Source of the DNA: Lama guanicoe | Lineage: Eukaryota | Assembly (NCBI GenBank): GCA_013239625.1 | Contig: MU054541.1 | Coordinates: forward strand, 16,714,567 to 16,778,566 | Length of the DNA: 64,000 bases | Reading direction: 5' to 3' | Shown: one piece after another, positions 1-12,599 of the stretch | Layout: every line of letters begins with the position of its first letter | Numbering within the stretch: position 1 is the stretch's first letter | The notes under the pieces: model-generated | The model's input: only the letters and a program-made list of their open reading frames with translations | The model's database searches: none | What the model was told of the DNA's origin: nothing | Translations under genes and position numbers: made by a program

Positions 1-690
1 CCGTGCAGAGGGCTACACTCTTGCTAGGTCTTGGCTGCCTCCTTCCCTCACCTGCCCCCAAGCTTCGCTCAGATGTCAGCGTCTCGGCCAGGCCTCCTGA
101 CCCTCCTGTTGGCCGGGGAGTTCCCCGGGGGGCCGGCCTGTCCTGCAGGAGGAGGCTGGCCTGCGGGGTGGGGGAGCAGTGGGAGGGTGGGACGAGCCAT
201 GTGGCACTGTGTCCCCCCCCGTCCTGTCCCGGGAGCGCTCAGCTCCTCGTGCGGCTCAGTGGGTGTCCGGAGAGGAGGACGCCAGGTGGGCCGCCGGCTC
301 CGGTGCCCCGCGCGGGGCCTGCCCTTGGCCCTGCTCCGACTGGAACCGTGTGCAGAGGGGCTTTCCTCATTCGGAGGCCTGGAGTTCCTGCCGCGGAAAC
401 GTCACTGGTGACGACATGTCATGGGAGGGAAGTGATGTTTGGACCCTTTGTGTTTTATTAAATTGGCCGTGGAATTCCGAGGCGGAGGAGACCTTGGCGA
501 TGAGCCAGCTCGAGCCTGTGTCACAAAGTGCCGCCGGGACGGCGCGTCTGGCCCCACCGCGGTCCCAGGGGCCGGGCATCACTGCGCTGAGAGGGGAGGA
601 CAGCCAGGACCCACCGCGCTGGTCGCTTCCCCCCGCACCACACGTGCAGCAGGTTTGAGTGAAAAACACTGCTTTTCCTCGCGGAGGGAA
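1..690. promoter_or_regulatory. GC/CpG-rich patch (possible CpG-island edge)
   Basis: High GC with frequent CpG, switching to AT-rich sequence after ~950. A G-run cluster lies at ~165-191. Confidence 0.35.
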
Positions 691-1994
691 CTGGTTATAA
701 TGATCACCATATGAGTAGTGTTTGCGTAGCTGGGAAGATGCCCAAGTACAGCCATCAAGGTGCGATGTCAGCACAGAAGAGATACGAGAGTAGAGTCAGT
801 GTGGAGGGAAAGGGGCACCGCAGGGCTGGTCAGCAGGAACAGTCACAGTCTTCCTGGTTTGGAGACTTCAGCTCAGCTCAGCTCAGTATCTGCGTTGAGT
901 GCCTGTGCGTGCTGTGCCTGAGTTTCCCTGAAAGCCGTGGGAGGCTGATGGTATTTGCTACTCACGGAATCAGAAGAATCAGCAGCTTGATAACCAGAAA
1001 GAGTAATCTGTTCCTATTAATGGACTTATTTTTTGAAGAAATTGCCAATTAACCTGTTTTCTAAGATTTAAAAATAAATACTTCTGGTTTAATTCTGCAG
1101 AGACATTTTGGTCCACATTTTGATACACACAAATTACAGCGCTGCCCTGGGTCTCTGAGGATGACTTAGTCTTCTTCGTAGATTACAAATTAATACAGGC
1201 TCATACATTTTATGAGATTTAAGATTAATGCTTACATTTTCATATGTAATTTTTACATGTGCTCAGAGCAACATAAAATCACTCTAGTTTGCAAGAAAAG
1301 TATTAACATTGGAATTGTGAAGGTCCCTAGTGGGCAGAGGGCTTCCGCTGTGAAGAGCGGTGAGGGAGACTCTGAGGACGTGAGTATCGCAGGAGTGTGT
1401 CTGCATGCAGACCTGACGTCCACGCACACTGTAGTGTGTTGTCTCTGGAGGAATTAGCTCCCTTCTCGGGGAAGTGAGGAAGGTGAGTGGATGGATGGAT
1501 GCTGGATGCTTTCTCCCTCCACAGGCCTGTGGCCTCGGTGACGACAAACCTCTGTGCTCAAGTGAGCCTGCTCTTTTACTTACTCTGTTCTCCCGTCTTC
1601 ATTCCTTTCTGATCAGCCCCGCTGTCTGTCGCCTGGGCGGCCCCCGTGACATTCAATAATTTGATAACCGCTTTGGTTTGTTACAAGGTGAAGTTGCAGT
1701 ATAAGAAGCCTTTTTCACTGTATAATTTAATGGCTGTGCTTGTCCTAAACTCCACTCCCGTAAGTGGTTAATCAGGGTAGCATTTTTTATCTTACGTTCA
1801 CGAGGGCAGCTCGGGGCCGTACTCTGCTGGTGGGTCCCCTTGTGTCATCTGGCTCAAATTCTCCTTGGAAGCCTGTTACGGATTTGAGCAATTGAATTCA
1901 AATCTAAAACCACTTAAATAGTCCTTTATAGTCCATTAAGAGTTTATATGAGAGAGAAAACTCTATGAAAGTTCTCTCCTCCCTGTTCAAACAG

Positions 1995-2088
1995 GTTGTT
2001 CTGTTTTATTAGATCGAGGTGGTATTGTAATTTTGATAACAGCTAATAACGTTGGGAATTTCTCTTATAATTAGTGGACCACACAAAG
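1995..2088 (+). other. Candidate non-coding exon (94 nt)
   Basis: Acceptor ttctctcctccctgttcaaacag|G and donor AAG|gtatgt. There are stop codons in all three frames and no ATG. Confidence 0.4.
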
Positions 2089-3790
2089 GTATGTTTGTTG
2101 GGCTTTGTCGTCTTAATTCACTTGAAATAGAGACTGGGTTACTACGGAAAGTCCAAAGTATTGTTTCAGCTTTGCAACAGTTTAGGTAAAATTAATGCAG
2201 ACAGCTAAATGAACACGTGTCTCTTAACGTCAATTTCTGGATACATCTGTAAACACAAAGGGTGAACAAACAGTAAGTCAGTGAAGGTACCGTGGGTGAA
2301 GCTTTTTGGTTTGGACTTTTAACGGTGAATGGAAAACTGTTTTTGGATTCCCAATCAGATCAGAATGCATAATGTGCGCACATTGAGCTCTAGACATAAA
2401 TAATGCCTTGTTTAATACCATAGATAATATATTTGCCCCCTTACCCCTCCGGCCCACACAGAACTTGTGTGTAAATTCAAGAATTTAAACTTAACTGCTG
2501 CTCCTTTAAAACCCCAAATAGAGCTTGGTATCAAGTAAGATTTCTACGTTATCCTCTTAGTACAAATGGAGTTTGTAGAATTCTCTTTGTTAAAGTCGGA
2601 TCCTTGAAGTTGGTGCAATAAGATAAAATGAAACCTTTCCTGTTTCAAAGAAATTTAACGTGTGACATCTTTTTTGTGTATTTCTACTGTAAATCATGAA
2701 TTAGATACCTTAACAGTGCCAGCAAGAAATAAATTAATATGAAAATTTGTTTAATTTGGATTTCCATGTTTTGAAAAATACCTGGCATCAAAGATTAGTA
2801 GGTTTCATTATGTTACTCCTTCTGGTAATATTCACATGACGTGTATGTTGCCTGGGGATGTTAGTTTAAACGTCATTCGTGATGAAGTCAAATGTGCTTT
2901 ATTTGTAAGTAACTGTTTAGAAAGGCTTGGTTTGGCTCATTAAGCTACGTTAAGTTCGTCATTAGAATTGCTCGGGCCGAGCGTTCCTTGGAAGTGTTGA
3001 GTTTTAGGTGATGAGCTGCGCTTGCACGTGTGGCAATGATAATGTCGATGATGGAGCTGGGCTGTTCTCCGAGGCCGGCCTGCTGGTAGCTGCCGCACAG
3101 TTCAGGGTGGTGGGGGGGCAAGTCGATGGAGGGAGGCAGCCGTGGCCAGCTTTCCGCTGCGTCAGACTTGTCAGGGTGGAAGTTCTTCGTGCGTCTCCTT
3201 CCCGCACCCACCCGTGCGTTTTACTGATGCCAGTTATTTTAACAGTAAAAATTCTCCTAGAAGTCAGTAGTGTTGACAAAATAAACCTTTAGGGAGCATT
3301 CTTGAGGACTAGTAACGCATCTTTAGTCCTGATTGGAAATTCCAATCTTTACTTTTACTGTGTGAATTAATTGTTAAGTGGTTTGTTTTGCTTAAGGGTC
3401 TTATGTGGCTCACCCTGGAGTGATCTTCTTCTTTGTGTGTTTTTTTGACACTGACATTTGTCAGGACAGCTCAGAGCCAGCGTATCAGCCTCCAGGAAGC
3501 CCGGGAGGCGCTCTCGGGCTCGAACTGACTTCTCTCTTCCCTGGAAAAGAATTGTTGAGTGTCTGACAATGATTAGGTGATTATTGGATCACAGCATTTG
3601 AGTTACTGGTAATTGAAATAATATGAGCGGTACTTTTTTATCTGGTTTCTATGCACTCACTTTACCTTAAACGCTACGAGAGCGATCATTTCATTGCATC
3701 GTTTGGCAAGATACTTAGATTGCAATTTTGCAAAATTAATTAATTTTATTTAAGTGACTTAAAACTTCAACTTTTCTTGTTACCATTTCT

Positions 3791-3797
3791 CTTTCCT

Positions 3798-3849
<52 letters not shown>

Positions 3850-3860
3850 TTTCTTTCTTT
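3791..3860 (+). repeat. (TTTC)n tetranucleotide microsatellite
   Basis: Direct run of TTTC units. Confidence 0.95.
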
Positions 3861-4279
3861 TATATTTCAACCACTTCTTTTTCAATCATAACCCTGAAGA
3901 AGTGGCCGTATTAGCTAAAATCTGTCAACAACAACAATGGAAAAAACTGTTGGTTTGGGTTTATGTTAAATGATGCATGTTCGGTGCTCTTTCAGTTTTA
4001 GGACGCTGCTTCATGGGGAAATAAACAGAAATTCCTGGTAAGCGTCTGCATTTTTGTGGGGAAGCAAATTATTCCTGAAGCTTCCCTTGTCATCCATCTA
4101 CATTAGCGAGAGGTGGTTCTTCTGGGAGGGGGGACTTGCTGGGGCAGGAGGCGTGCTGTGCTTGGCTGTGCACATAGATGGCAGCAGAGAGTCACAGACG
4201 GCGGGAGCCAGCTTGTGGTCCGAAGGAAAGATGAGCGGGGTACAAACTGACTTGCCCCGCGTGGTGCCTGTGTCCGCAG

Positions 4280-4402
4280 TCAAACAGTGAGAAAGAAAGC
4301 CACCGTTGATAACACCCGAGCTAGGAGAGAAGAAGGCTGTGAGGAGCTAGAGTGTACTGAGCTTCTGGACAAGTCCCAGGGGGGAAGGCTCACTCTCTTA
4401 AG
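4280..4402 (+). other. Candidate exon (123 nt, purine-rich)
   Basis: Branch-like actgac at 4246-4251 with no AG before ccgcag|. The body is GAA-rich, the donor is AAG|gtatgt, and G-runs lie downstream at 4472-4506. Confidence 0.3.
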
Positions 4403-4471
4403 GTATGTCCCCCTCTCCTGTAAGACGGTGGAAATCAGCTAGGATAACACGCAGGTCAAAATGAAGAGACA

Positions 4472-4506
4472 GGGAAGGGGTGGGGAGGGGAGAGGGAGGG
4501 GAGGGG
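4472..4506 (+). other. G-quadruplex-forming G-run cluster
   Basis: gggaaggggtggggaggggagagggaggggagggg contains seven runs of >=3 G with 1-3 nt loops. Confidence 0.7.
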
Positions 4507-6970
4507 AATCCGGACAACGGGCTGCAGCGGGAGGGGCGGCCCGCTGCCCGCGTGCTGTGCTGTGGAGCTTGGCCTGCACGTCTCCTCCTCAGTTAAGCAA
4601 GTTACAAAGAGGAAATGTCAGTCCACGAACCAGGCAAACATTCCAGGGGAACATTTGCTCAAATGTCAGCGTTTCAGAAAACAGAACTGCAGTCTGTTAT
4701 GGTCTGGTCCCCACGCTGGATTTGCTGTTAAACATGCAAGTTCAAATGTGTTTCTTCAGAATGCGCTCGCAATTAACAAGTCATTTTGCGTCTTAATGAG
4801 CATTCCTCCGTGATGACATAATCACTGCAAAAGGTGACAGTCATCAGTACAATTAATATTTAATATGTGTCTGCTTCTGAGAACCTTTCTGTGGCTACCC
4901 ACAAATTTCCAAGGTAGTTTTCAAGTTTCAGAATTGAATGTGGTGAAATCACAGACTTGAGGATCGAATGAAGTAAAATCGTGTTAATTAGAAATGTGAC
5001 ATGGAAGCAAGTTACAAAAAAGCGGTGTGTCGCGTGCCCTGAACCAGCGAATCCTGTCAGTGTCCCTCCCCGTGCGCTTGGCCGGCCCCTCCGTAGCTCC
5101 GAGTCGCCATGGCTGTGCTCAGGAAGACGGCTCCCTACCCTGCACTTTCCTCTGCTCTGATCTCGGGCGATTTAGTACCACAGGCCAACCTCTGTGTCAC
5201 AGAGTCCCTTCCACAGTGTGTGTAACCACTTGCTCAAACAGCGTCTGGCAAGTCTCTCTTGTGACAGCAACTTATTTCTCACATAATTATTTTTTTTAGT
5301 AAATTTGATATCTTAACAACCCCTTCCCTCATTTCTGGGTTCAAAAAAATAACACTTACTGTAATTTATTTCTCCTCCCTCACGAAGGCTTACTTGACAG
5401 CGAGTCTCCGTCCCTCTCCTGAGGCAGTGGGGGGGGGCATACGGTGGCCGGGCCGACAGGCCTCGCTGCTGTCGGGAGGAAGCCGGAGGTGGATCCCGGC
5501 TGCCGCTCATCGCTTACTAGTGATACGTGCTTATGCCCTGTCCCACATCCGTGGACATGGAAGATACACGCTTACGCAGTATGTTGTTTTTCTGTTTCAA
5601 GCCATCTGTGTGTGGACTTCAGATGCACACAGATGAGTTCGTGTGACTCTCACTGTTTCGTGCTGTGGGCTGTGTGAACACAAGAAGTGAGACAAATGTA
5701 AACTCATCAAAATTTGAATTGGATTCTAAACGTGTAATTCTTTTATTATTTTCTGGGCTTTCAGTTTAGTTAATTACATGGATTTTTTTTAGAAGATAAA
5801 CTCTTACCATCACACAGTTCTTAAAATCAAAGTCTGTTGTTTGAATGGGTGGCAGTTACATGTCAATTTCTTTATAAATTATTGTCAAAGTAGCAAATGT
5901 ATTTGTTTCAGATTTAGGTCTGAATGTACATGATTTGTTTTAGATTAACACGTGCTGTTTGAGAACAACTGTTAGCCAGAATGTAGTGTGTTTTGAAGGT
6001 GACATTATACTTTTTCTTTTATGCTTTCTGTCTCTCTTCGGGCCATCATTGAGCTTAGACCGTGTGCTTTTTCTTAGTGGGATAGTACCATGCAGATTAT
6101 TTGTGTGACCTTTCACTGCAGCAGTTTTCCAAAAAAAGGGCAATATTGCAACACCACTTCCTCCAGCTTCTTGGTTTCAAAGAATCGTGCCTGAAGTAGG
6201 CAAATCTAACAGAAGGACATTGTTTTAAAACTTTTTCTTTTAACCAGTGTATTGGTTTTCTTAATATTAGCACTGGCACATTAGTGTTCTGTGATAAAAC
6301 GTTTAAAATATTTTACATAGGTAGATAAATATAGAATAATTAAAACATTTTCAATTTGTTTACAGCCTTTTAAATGGATTTTAGAAGGGATGCCCTTAAT
6401 AAATAATTTTTGATGCACTTTTAAGCTAGAAAATCAGATTTTATGTAGCTATAGAGGTCTTTCAAATTTTTATTGGCAGCTTATAACCGATTGTAATTTG
6501 TGGTGGCTTTACATTTGTAAAATGAATCTTACAAAATCTTGGCTATTTGAAAATTTGCTGGTAGCTTATGTAGTGCTTGTCTTGAATATTGCTTTTCTTT
6601 GTGTTAACTTCCATGTAATTAATTTGGTAGCAGTCTAGTTGATCAGTAAAAGGGGGCACACCTGATTGTTTAGGAGTATACCCTCGAAATATTTGTGCTT
6701 TTAATTCTTAGCTTTTCATCCTCACTATGCCCAAGTTGTGCTTTTTAAAAAAACCTGATAAAAATGTTGAATATGCAGATATTTTTAAATTCTTCAAATT
6801 GATAGACAAGAGAGACTTATAACCCCAAAGCATAGTTTCTCAGGTGACCATTGCTTTTCATGGAGTGTTAATCATCAGTGGAAAAATGGATTAATGTCAT
6901 ATAAATGCCCTGAAGTTCAGTTTTGGCTCCAAATCGATCCTTTTAAACATTCCTTTCTTCTTTTCCACAG

Positions 6971-7222
6971 GCTGCGTCTCTGTTTTGGGGCTGAGCACTC
7001 GAGCTCGTAATGTGTTCTTTGAGGAGGAACTTCCCATAGGCCTGACGTGCCCTCGCGCGGGGAGAGGCGCGCGTCCCTGGTGCCGTCTCTGCCCTCTGCG
7101 CTACTCTCTCTCTCAGTTTCTCCTGGAGGGTCCGCTGGCGGGGCTGCACATCGTCCCTGCGCAGCTCTGCTGGCACAGGATCAGAGGCTAATCCGTGAAA
7201 CACAGTTTAAAAACTCTCCAAG
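6971..7222 (+). other. Candidate non-coding exon / GC island
   Basis: Strong acceptor ttcctttcttcttttccacag|G. The block is GC/CpG-rich within AT-rich flanks, with a weaker donor AAG|gtgtga. Confidence 0.3.
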
Positions 7223-8166
7223 GTGTGAAATATTAGCTTGTCATTTTTTCTCGAGTTTTCTCTTTTGACAAGATTTGTTGAATTTTCTTCTTTTTTCCAT
7301 ATGTTTTCTGCCGTGCTAATTCTGAAGGAATTTATAGATGTATCATTTGGGAAAAGATGTATTTTAACTGACAACATAAATATCCCAGTTACACAGTTAT
7401 CTGGTCAGAGATTTTAAATCACAAACTAGTGAGAATTTGTTCTTTATAATGTAGCATAAATTACATTTAATGTTTTCAGTAAAAACTTTTCAGTGAAAGT
7501 TTGACATGAACACTGTCACTTTTTTTTTAAAAGAAACCTTAATATCAGCTTATACGCTCATGAAATATTTAATAGAAACATTGCAGGGTAATTTTATCTT
7601 CTTTCATAATAGAAGTTTACGAAGCGTTTTGACTCGCCTTGCTCATTTTCCTACGAAGACCAGTGCAGTTGAGAACTTGCAGTGGCGTCGGTCCTCATGC
7701 TGAGTTAGGCTTCTGTGTGTGGAGCACCAGCGACGAGGTGCAGGGGCGGGAGGCTCACCTTCACTTCCGAGGGCCCGGTACTTTCTCCGCGTGACCCGAA
7801 CTCCAGCTGTTAGCCCATGACGTCCGCGTCGTGTTCCAATCACAGGTTTGTCTGAGGTTTTTTCAGTGTTAGCTGTGTGACCTGATGCTGTTTGCAGCAT
7901 CACGACCTCTCACTGCTGTGGGCTCTGCTGCTGTCGTTTTCTGTTTATTTGCAATCCTCCGTCTGTGTTCAACTGAAGACACATGTTTGTTGCCACCTGC
8001 CAGACCCCTTACTGAATAATCTGTACTTTATTTAACTTGTGTTGTGACCGTAGACCTTTATGAGCAGAGCTTCATAAAATTAAATCGTTTGTTGTTTGTA
8101 CAGATACGTTAGTGAAACATCGCATAATGATGAAAACATTGATTGTCGGAACATTTAAGACATTAA

Positions 8167-8310
8167 GAAGGGAGGGTAGCTCGGTGTTAGAGTGCGTGCC
8201 TAGCATGCACGAGGTCCTGAATTCAACCCCCAGTGCCTCCGTTAAAAATAATAATAATAAATAAATGAGCCTCGCTACCTCCCACCACTAAAAAAAAGAA
8301 AAAACAATTA
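8167..8310 (+). mobile_element. tRNA-derived SINE, camelid Vic-1-like, full length with TSD
   Basis: Pol III A-box (tagctcggtg) and B-box (gaattcaacc). The body gtgcgtgcctagcatgcacgaggtcctg...cccagtgcctcc is followed by an AAT-rich linker and an A-tail. A 10-bp TSD AAGACATTAA lies at 8157-8166 and 8311-8320, at a TTT/AAGA L1-endonuclease-type site. Confidence 0.9.
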
Positions 8311-8599
8311 AAGACATTAAAAAGACACATTTAAACATCACTAATGTCTGAAAATTTGTAAGTTGTTTGTCTTTTAGAAGTTTATGATAAATCTGAAAGA
8401 TAACCATAGTTTATTTTAGTATGTTGAAAATTAATAGGTATGTATTTATTTAACCCAGTTTCAATTATTTAATTATTCTATGATTTAGGCCTCATTGGTC
8501 TTACGCCTGTGATCAATATACTGAAATGTAAAACATTCTCAGTACTAGCACAGGGTGTTTTTTCTTTATGAGGAGAAATAAAAGGAATTAGACTAGCCA

Positions 8600-8766
8600 G
8601 AGTCTTTTTAGTCATGTAGAGCAAAACTTCTGAGTTGAGCATATAGCTTCTCTGGACCTCAGTTTTCTCATCTGTAAAATGGGGGTATGAGGCTTTGTGA
8701 AGTAAGGGTTAGGTTAAATGCTCTCTAAGATCTCTTTCAACCCTAACATTCTGTAATTTTATGATT
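8600..8766 (+). mobile_element. MIR/MIR3 SINE fragment
   Basis: MIR core ctctggacctcagttttctcatctgtaaaatgggg plus a MIR3-type tail tctctaagatctctttcaaccctaacattctgtaattttatgatt. Confidence 0.85.
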
Positions 8767-11700
8767 TGTTTTAGCAGTCGTGTTATGCTTATCAATATAA
8801 ATTACATCTTGTCTAATGTAAACGTTAAGTGTTAATAAAAACTAAGGATGAAAAGTTCAAACAATCTCTTTTAAAAACCATACTTTTGGGGAAGAATCAA
8901 TGGACAGATTTTAGTGTATAGTGATTTTCTCAAGAAATGTGTGAAATCCTCTTTTAGAGCAGACTTGCATCTTTTAGGACATTCACTGTAGGAGAGTGGT
9001 AACGAGGTGTTTGCCTTGTAGGATGACGAGTCTGACACGTCAGTACTGGCGACTCTACTGTATGTGTGTTAAGTGGGGGCTTACAGTGGGAAGTGTGGTG
9101 GTTAAGTATGGACAATGATTTTAGGAAACAAAAAGTGAAAGTTTAAAAGCTTGTCTGTAAAAGATAACATAATTTTACTAGCACAGCCCAAATCCATCAG
9201 CTGGCAGTAAAAAAATAATTAAAAGTTTTAATTCCCAAGATGTTTATTTTTTGTTAATGTTTTTCTTTGAGTAGGGGATTGTCTATTCCTAGAGTTTATA
9301 AAAGTCATAGGAAGTCTATAGCTCATCTTTTCCTCTTAGCTATCGTTGTATTTAAATGCTGCATTCCCAAGTGAAAGATGCCTGCAGGAAAACTCCGTGG
9401 GTTCAATTATTTTTAAGTCATCCAGATTCCTTTCCCACTTAGTGGCATTTCATGCATTCTAGGTGACAAACCTGTTTTTAGGTTGGTTTCTTAAGCGTAC
9501 TGTCAGTCTTATTTTAACCCCAATTAGGGCATTCCTTAAATATTTACTCTGAGCTTTTTATAAGTTTCCTTATATGATGTGAAAATCTTAAAAGTTTTGT
9601 GCAGGGATTGCTGTAAGTGTAATTCAAATAATTATGTAAAAACTTTCCTCGTGTCTTTCTTCTGTGCAAGTACTATAAGTATTTACGAATTTGTTCCTAA
9701 ATGAAGTTATAATTTACATATAAATTCTTAGGTAGTTCTTTATCTTTTGCTAACTGCAATAAAAGCTTAAAATTTTCAAGTAGATTACTTTCTTTGTGAC
9801 TAAATCTTCATTATTTGAAGAGCGATTATAAAAACAACTTAATGTATAATTTAAAAAAAATATCCTAGCTTCTTTGGTTTTACTACTAAAAGGAAATACT
9901 TAACCAGCTTTGCACTGTGTTTGCCATGCTTTGGGTAGCTCACTGACATTTTTTTTTCAGCTGTGGTACTGAATTTAGAAAATACTTGAAAATTAATTAT
10001 GGGCTATGATTAGTGGCCACAGCATATCTGTTTGACATTTCTTTTGTTGTCACCATCCTAGCTGTCTAGACTGGGCCTACCTTGTAATGGCAAGATCCTA
10101 GTCCAATTCTTTCAGTTTTTTTTCTTTTTCCTACTAGCTGACTGAATGCCGCAGAAGTTCAGCTCCTTGCTTGGGGCCGCCCCGGGTCCAGCAGCTCGGG
10201 TGTGGGGGCAGAGCGAGGCCTGGAGGTGAGGCTCTCTTGCTCTTTGTCCAGGGCTCAGCCTTCCCTGCCATTGCCTCTCGCTTGCTTTGTCAAAGGGTGA
10301 CGTGGATGGATGGCTTGGAATTCTTTCAAAGCCTTTCCTCTGTAATAATGATGGCAAAGATGTCAAGCATTTGTCAGGGGCCACTAATACATGTTGTGAC
10401 AGCAGTTTCGGGGGGGGGAGGTGGATTTATTACTAATAAAACATTAGAACTCTTATGTTTAAAGCCAGCATGATTTACATTCGGTTCACCCCTCCCTGCT
10501 CTGCCTGCCCACTTTGATTTAAGCGGCCCTGCCGGTTCACCGCTGTGCTGGCCACCCCCGCACCGCCACCCCGGGCAGATAGCTGGTGGATGGGAGGTGA
10601 AAGGGCGTCGACAGGACCAGCTGTTTGCTGGCTCTCAAGAACAGCAGGCCAGGCGCTGTTCTGTGGGGGTTGTGTGCACACTTACCTAGAATAATAAAAT
10701 GTGAGAATGCAGAATCTTCAGATTCTGAAAACCCAACGGTCTGGAACAGCCTCTTTTGGACTTTCGGGTGTTCGTGCAGTTCTTCTGTTTATTGCCTGGA
10801 ACTGGCAAACTTGCGTGGTTTATTTTCCCTTTTCCTCTCAAGTAGCGTCATTTTCTGTGTATTTCACACAGCGTGGCAACCTTAGGATGAAACCTGTTAA
10901 GTAGATTCACTTTGCCTGCCAGTATACACACAAAAAAGACGAAACGCTGATTCTTTGCCCTTGAACACATGGCCAGCCTAAAATACAAGGCCCGTGATCA
11001 GTAGCTTAGATGGTCTCGAGACGTGTGTGCACACGACGCAAGAACACGCTGGCGTTGGCTTTGGGGTTGCGTGACGGGAGAGGGGTTGTCACGAGGGCCC
11101 TGCGCCTCAGGACTGTCACCGTCTGCTCTGCTGCGGGAGCCCCCCGCCGGGCAGGGGCCGAGTAGGCCCTACTGGGCCCAGGCTTGGGGGAACTCTCTTC
11201 CCTAAGTCTGTCCCGGAAGTGGGGAGCGGTGTGTGGGCCTCACAGCCTGACAGCCGACTGAAATACTCTTCAGAGCTAGCCGTACGTTGCTCTTAATGGT
11301 TGTCGCTTGCCTCTGACCTCGTGGCAGCTACTACCCTCCGTGCCATTTTCCTCAAAATGGCAAACCAGTGGTGGAGTGGTTTCCACTCGTCAGTTAACAG
11401 AGAGAGTTATTTCTGAAACAGGCACAGTGGATACTTCCCCTTGGATTGTGCTTAGATTATGCTCAAGGTTGCAAGTGTATTGTGTTTTCTTAAAACAGAA
11501 GCGCATTCTAGTCATAGAAGAAAAGTGAGTTAATATATGTGTTTTTTAAATTTGGAAATCATAAAATATGCTTTATTTCTCTGTAGAGCTTTTATGCTGC
11601 TTCGAAACAACCTGATGTGTAAACCCTTAATTTAGGAAACAAAGTAGGATGATCATGTTTAACTGTAAAATGAGTGTGTACTTTATAGAGGAATTCATCT

Positions 11701-11779
11701 GGGGCTGCTTTTTAGTACACATTCTGTGTCACTTTCCTGAACGTTAAGACGCGTCCTTTCGGCTTGTGGATTAGAAGAC

Positions 11780-12100
11780 AGTTATGTAACATCGGAGCTG
11801 CGTCTCTGACGATGATGGGGCTGAGCTCCGTGTGGCCACTGGATGTCCGGGCGTTCCTTTCTGTGAAATGCCTTTTCCTAGTCTTTGTCCGTTCAGTTCT
11901 CATGCCATTGTTATTGCTGATTTGTAGGAATTCCTATAAATCTGTTACCAGTTAAATGTTGCTGTGAATATACTATTCCAGTTTGTCACTTCCGTGCTGA
12001 CTTTGTGGTGTCCTTCACTGAGCATGAGTCTTAATTTTTGCTTTTTTGTGGTCAAGGCCTTTTTGGGGTGCTTCGTGGAGTCTGTGTGAGAAGTGCTCTC
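11780..12100 (-). mobile_element. Old L1 (L1M) ORF2 3' fragment
   Basis: Antisense L1-like string ttctgtgaaatgccttttcctagtctttgtcc...ttgctgatttgtaggaattcctata...gtcttaatttt. Confidence 0.7.
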
Positions 12101-12599
12101 GTGGACAGCGTGCCCTCTCCGGGTCCGCCGCTGTGGGGGCCCTTTCGGTTCCTTTAGAGGTTGTCACGCAGTGTGTGTTGTTGGAAGGACTCACGCCCTA
12201 GACTGACCCCAAACGACCCCCACGCTTGCTTCAGCCTTGTAATTCCAAGATTCTATCAGACAAGGGAGAGCAAAGGGCCGTGCGGTCTGAAGCCCACACC
12301 AGGCTTGCGGGAGACCTCCTGCGTGCCCCTGAATGGGAGACGCCGCGGAGTCTCAGGCGCACTGTCGTTTTATTTTACGGACCATTGGGAAGCAGTAGGC
12401 TTTTCTAACTAGCCTGTGACGCAGTTCTTCCTACCACTTAAACTTCTTTCGTTTCACACTTACTGAAAAGGTCACGTAGACTTAGTAGCATAGATTTGTA
12501 GTACGTTTTACTCTTGTGCGCATCCCAAAACAGAACACAAGTGAAAGGAAACGTGGACTTGCAGACCTTCCTCCCGTGACGGTAGCTGCTTCCGTTAAT

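Noticed and set aside
8167-8245. tRNA gene
   Set aside because: The tRNA-like head belongs to a SINE with an A-tail and TSDs, and the cloverleaf is incomplete.
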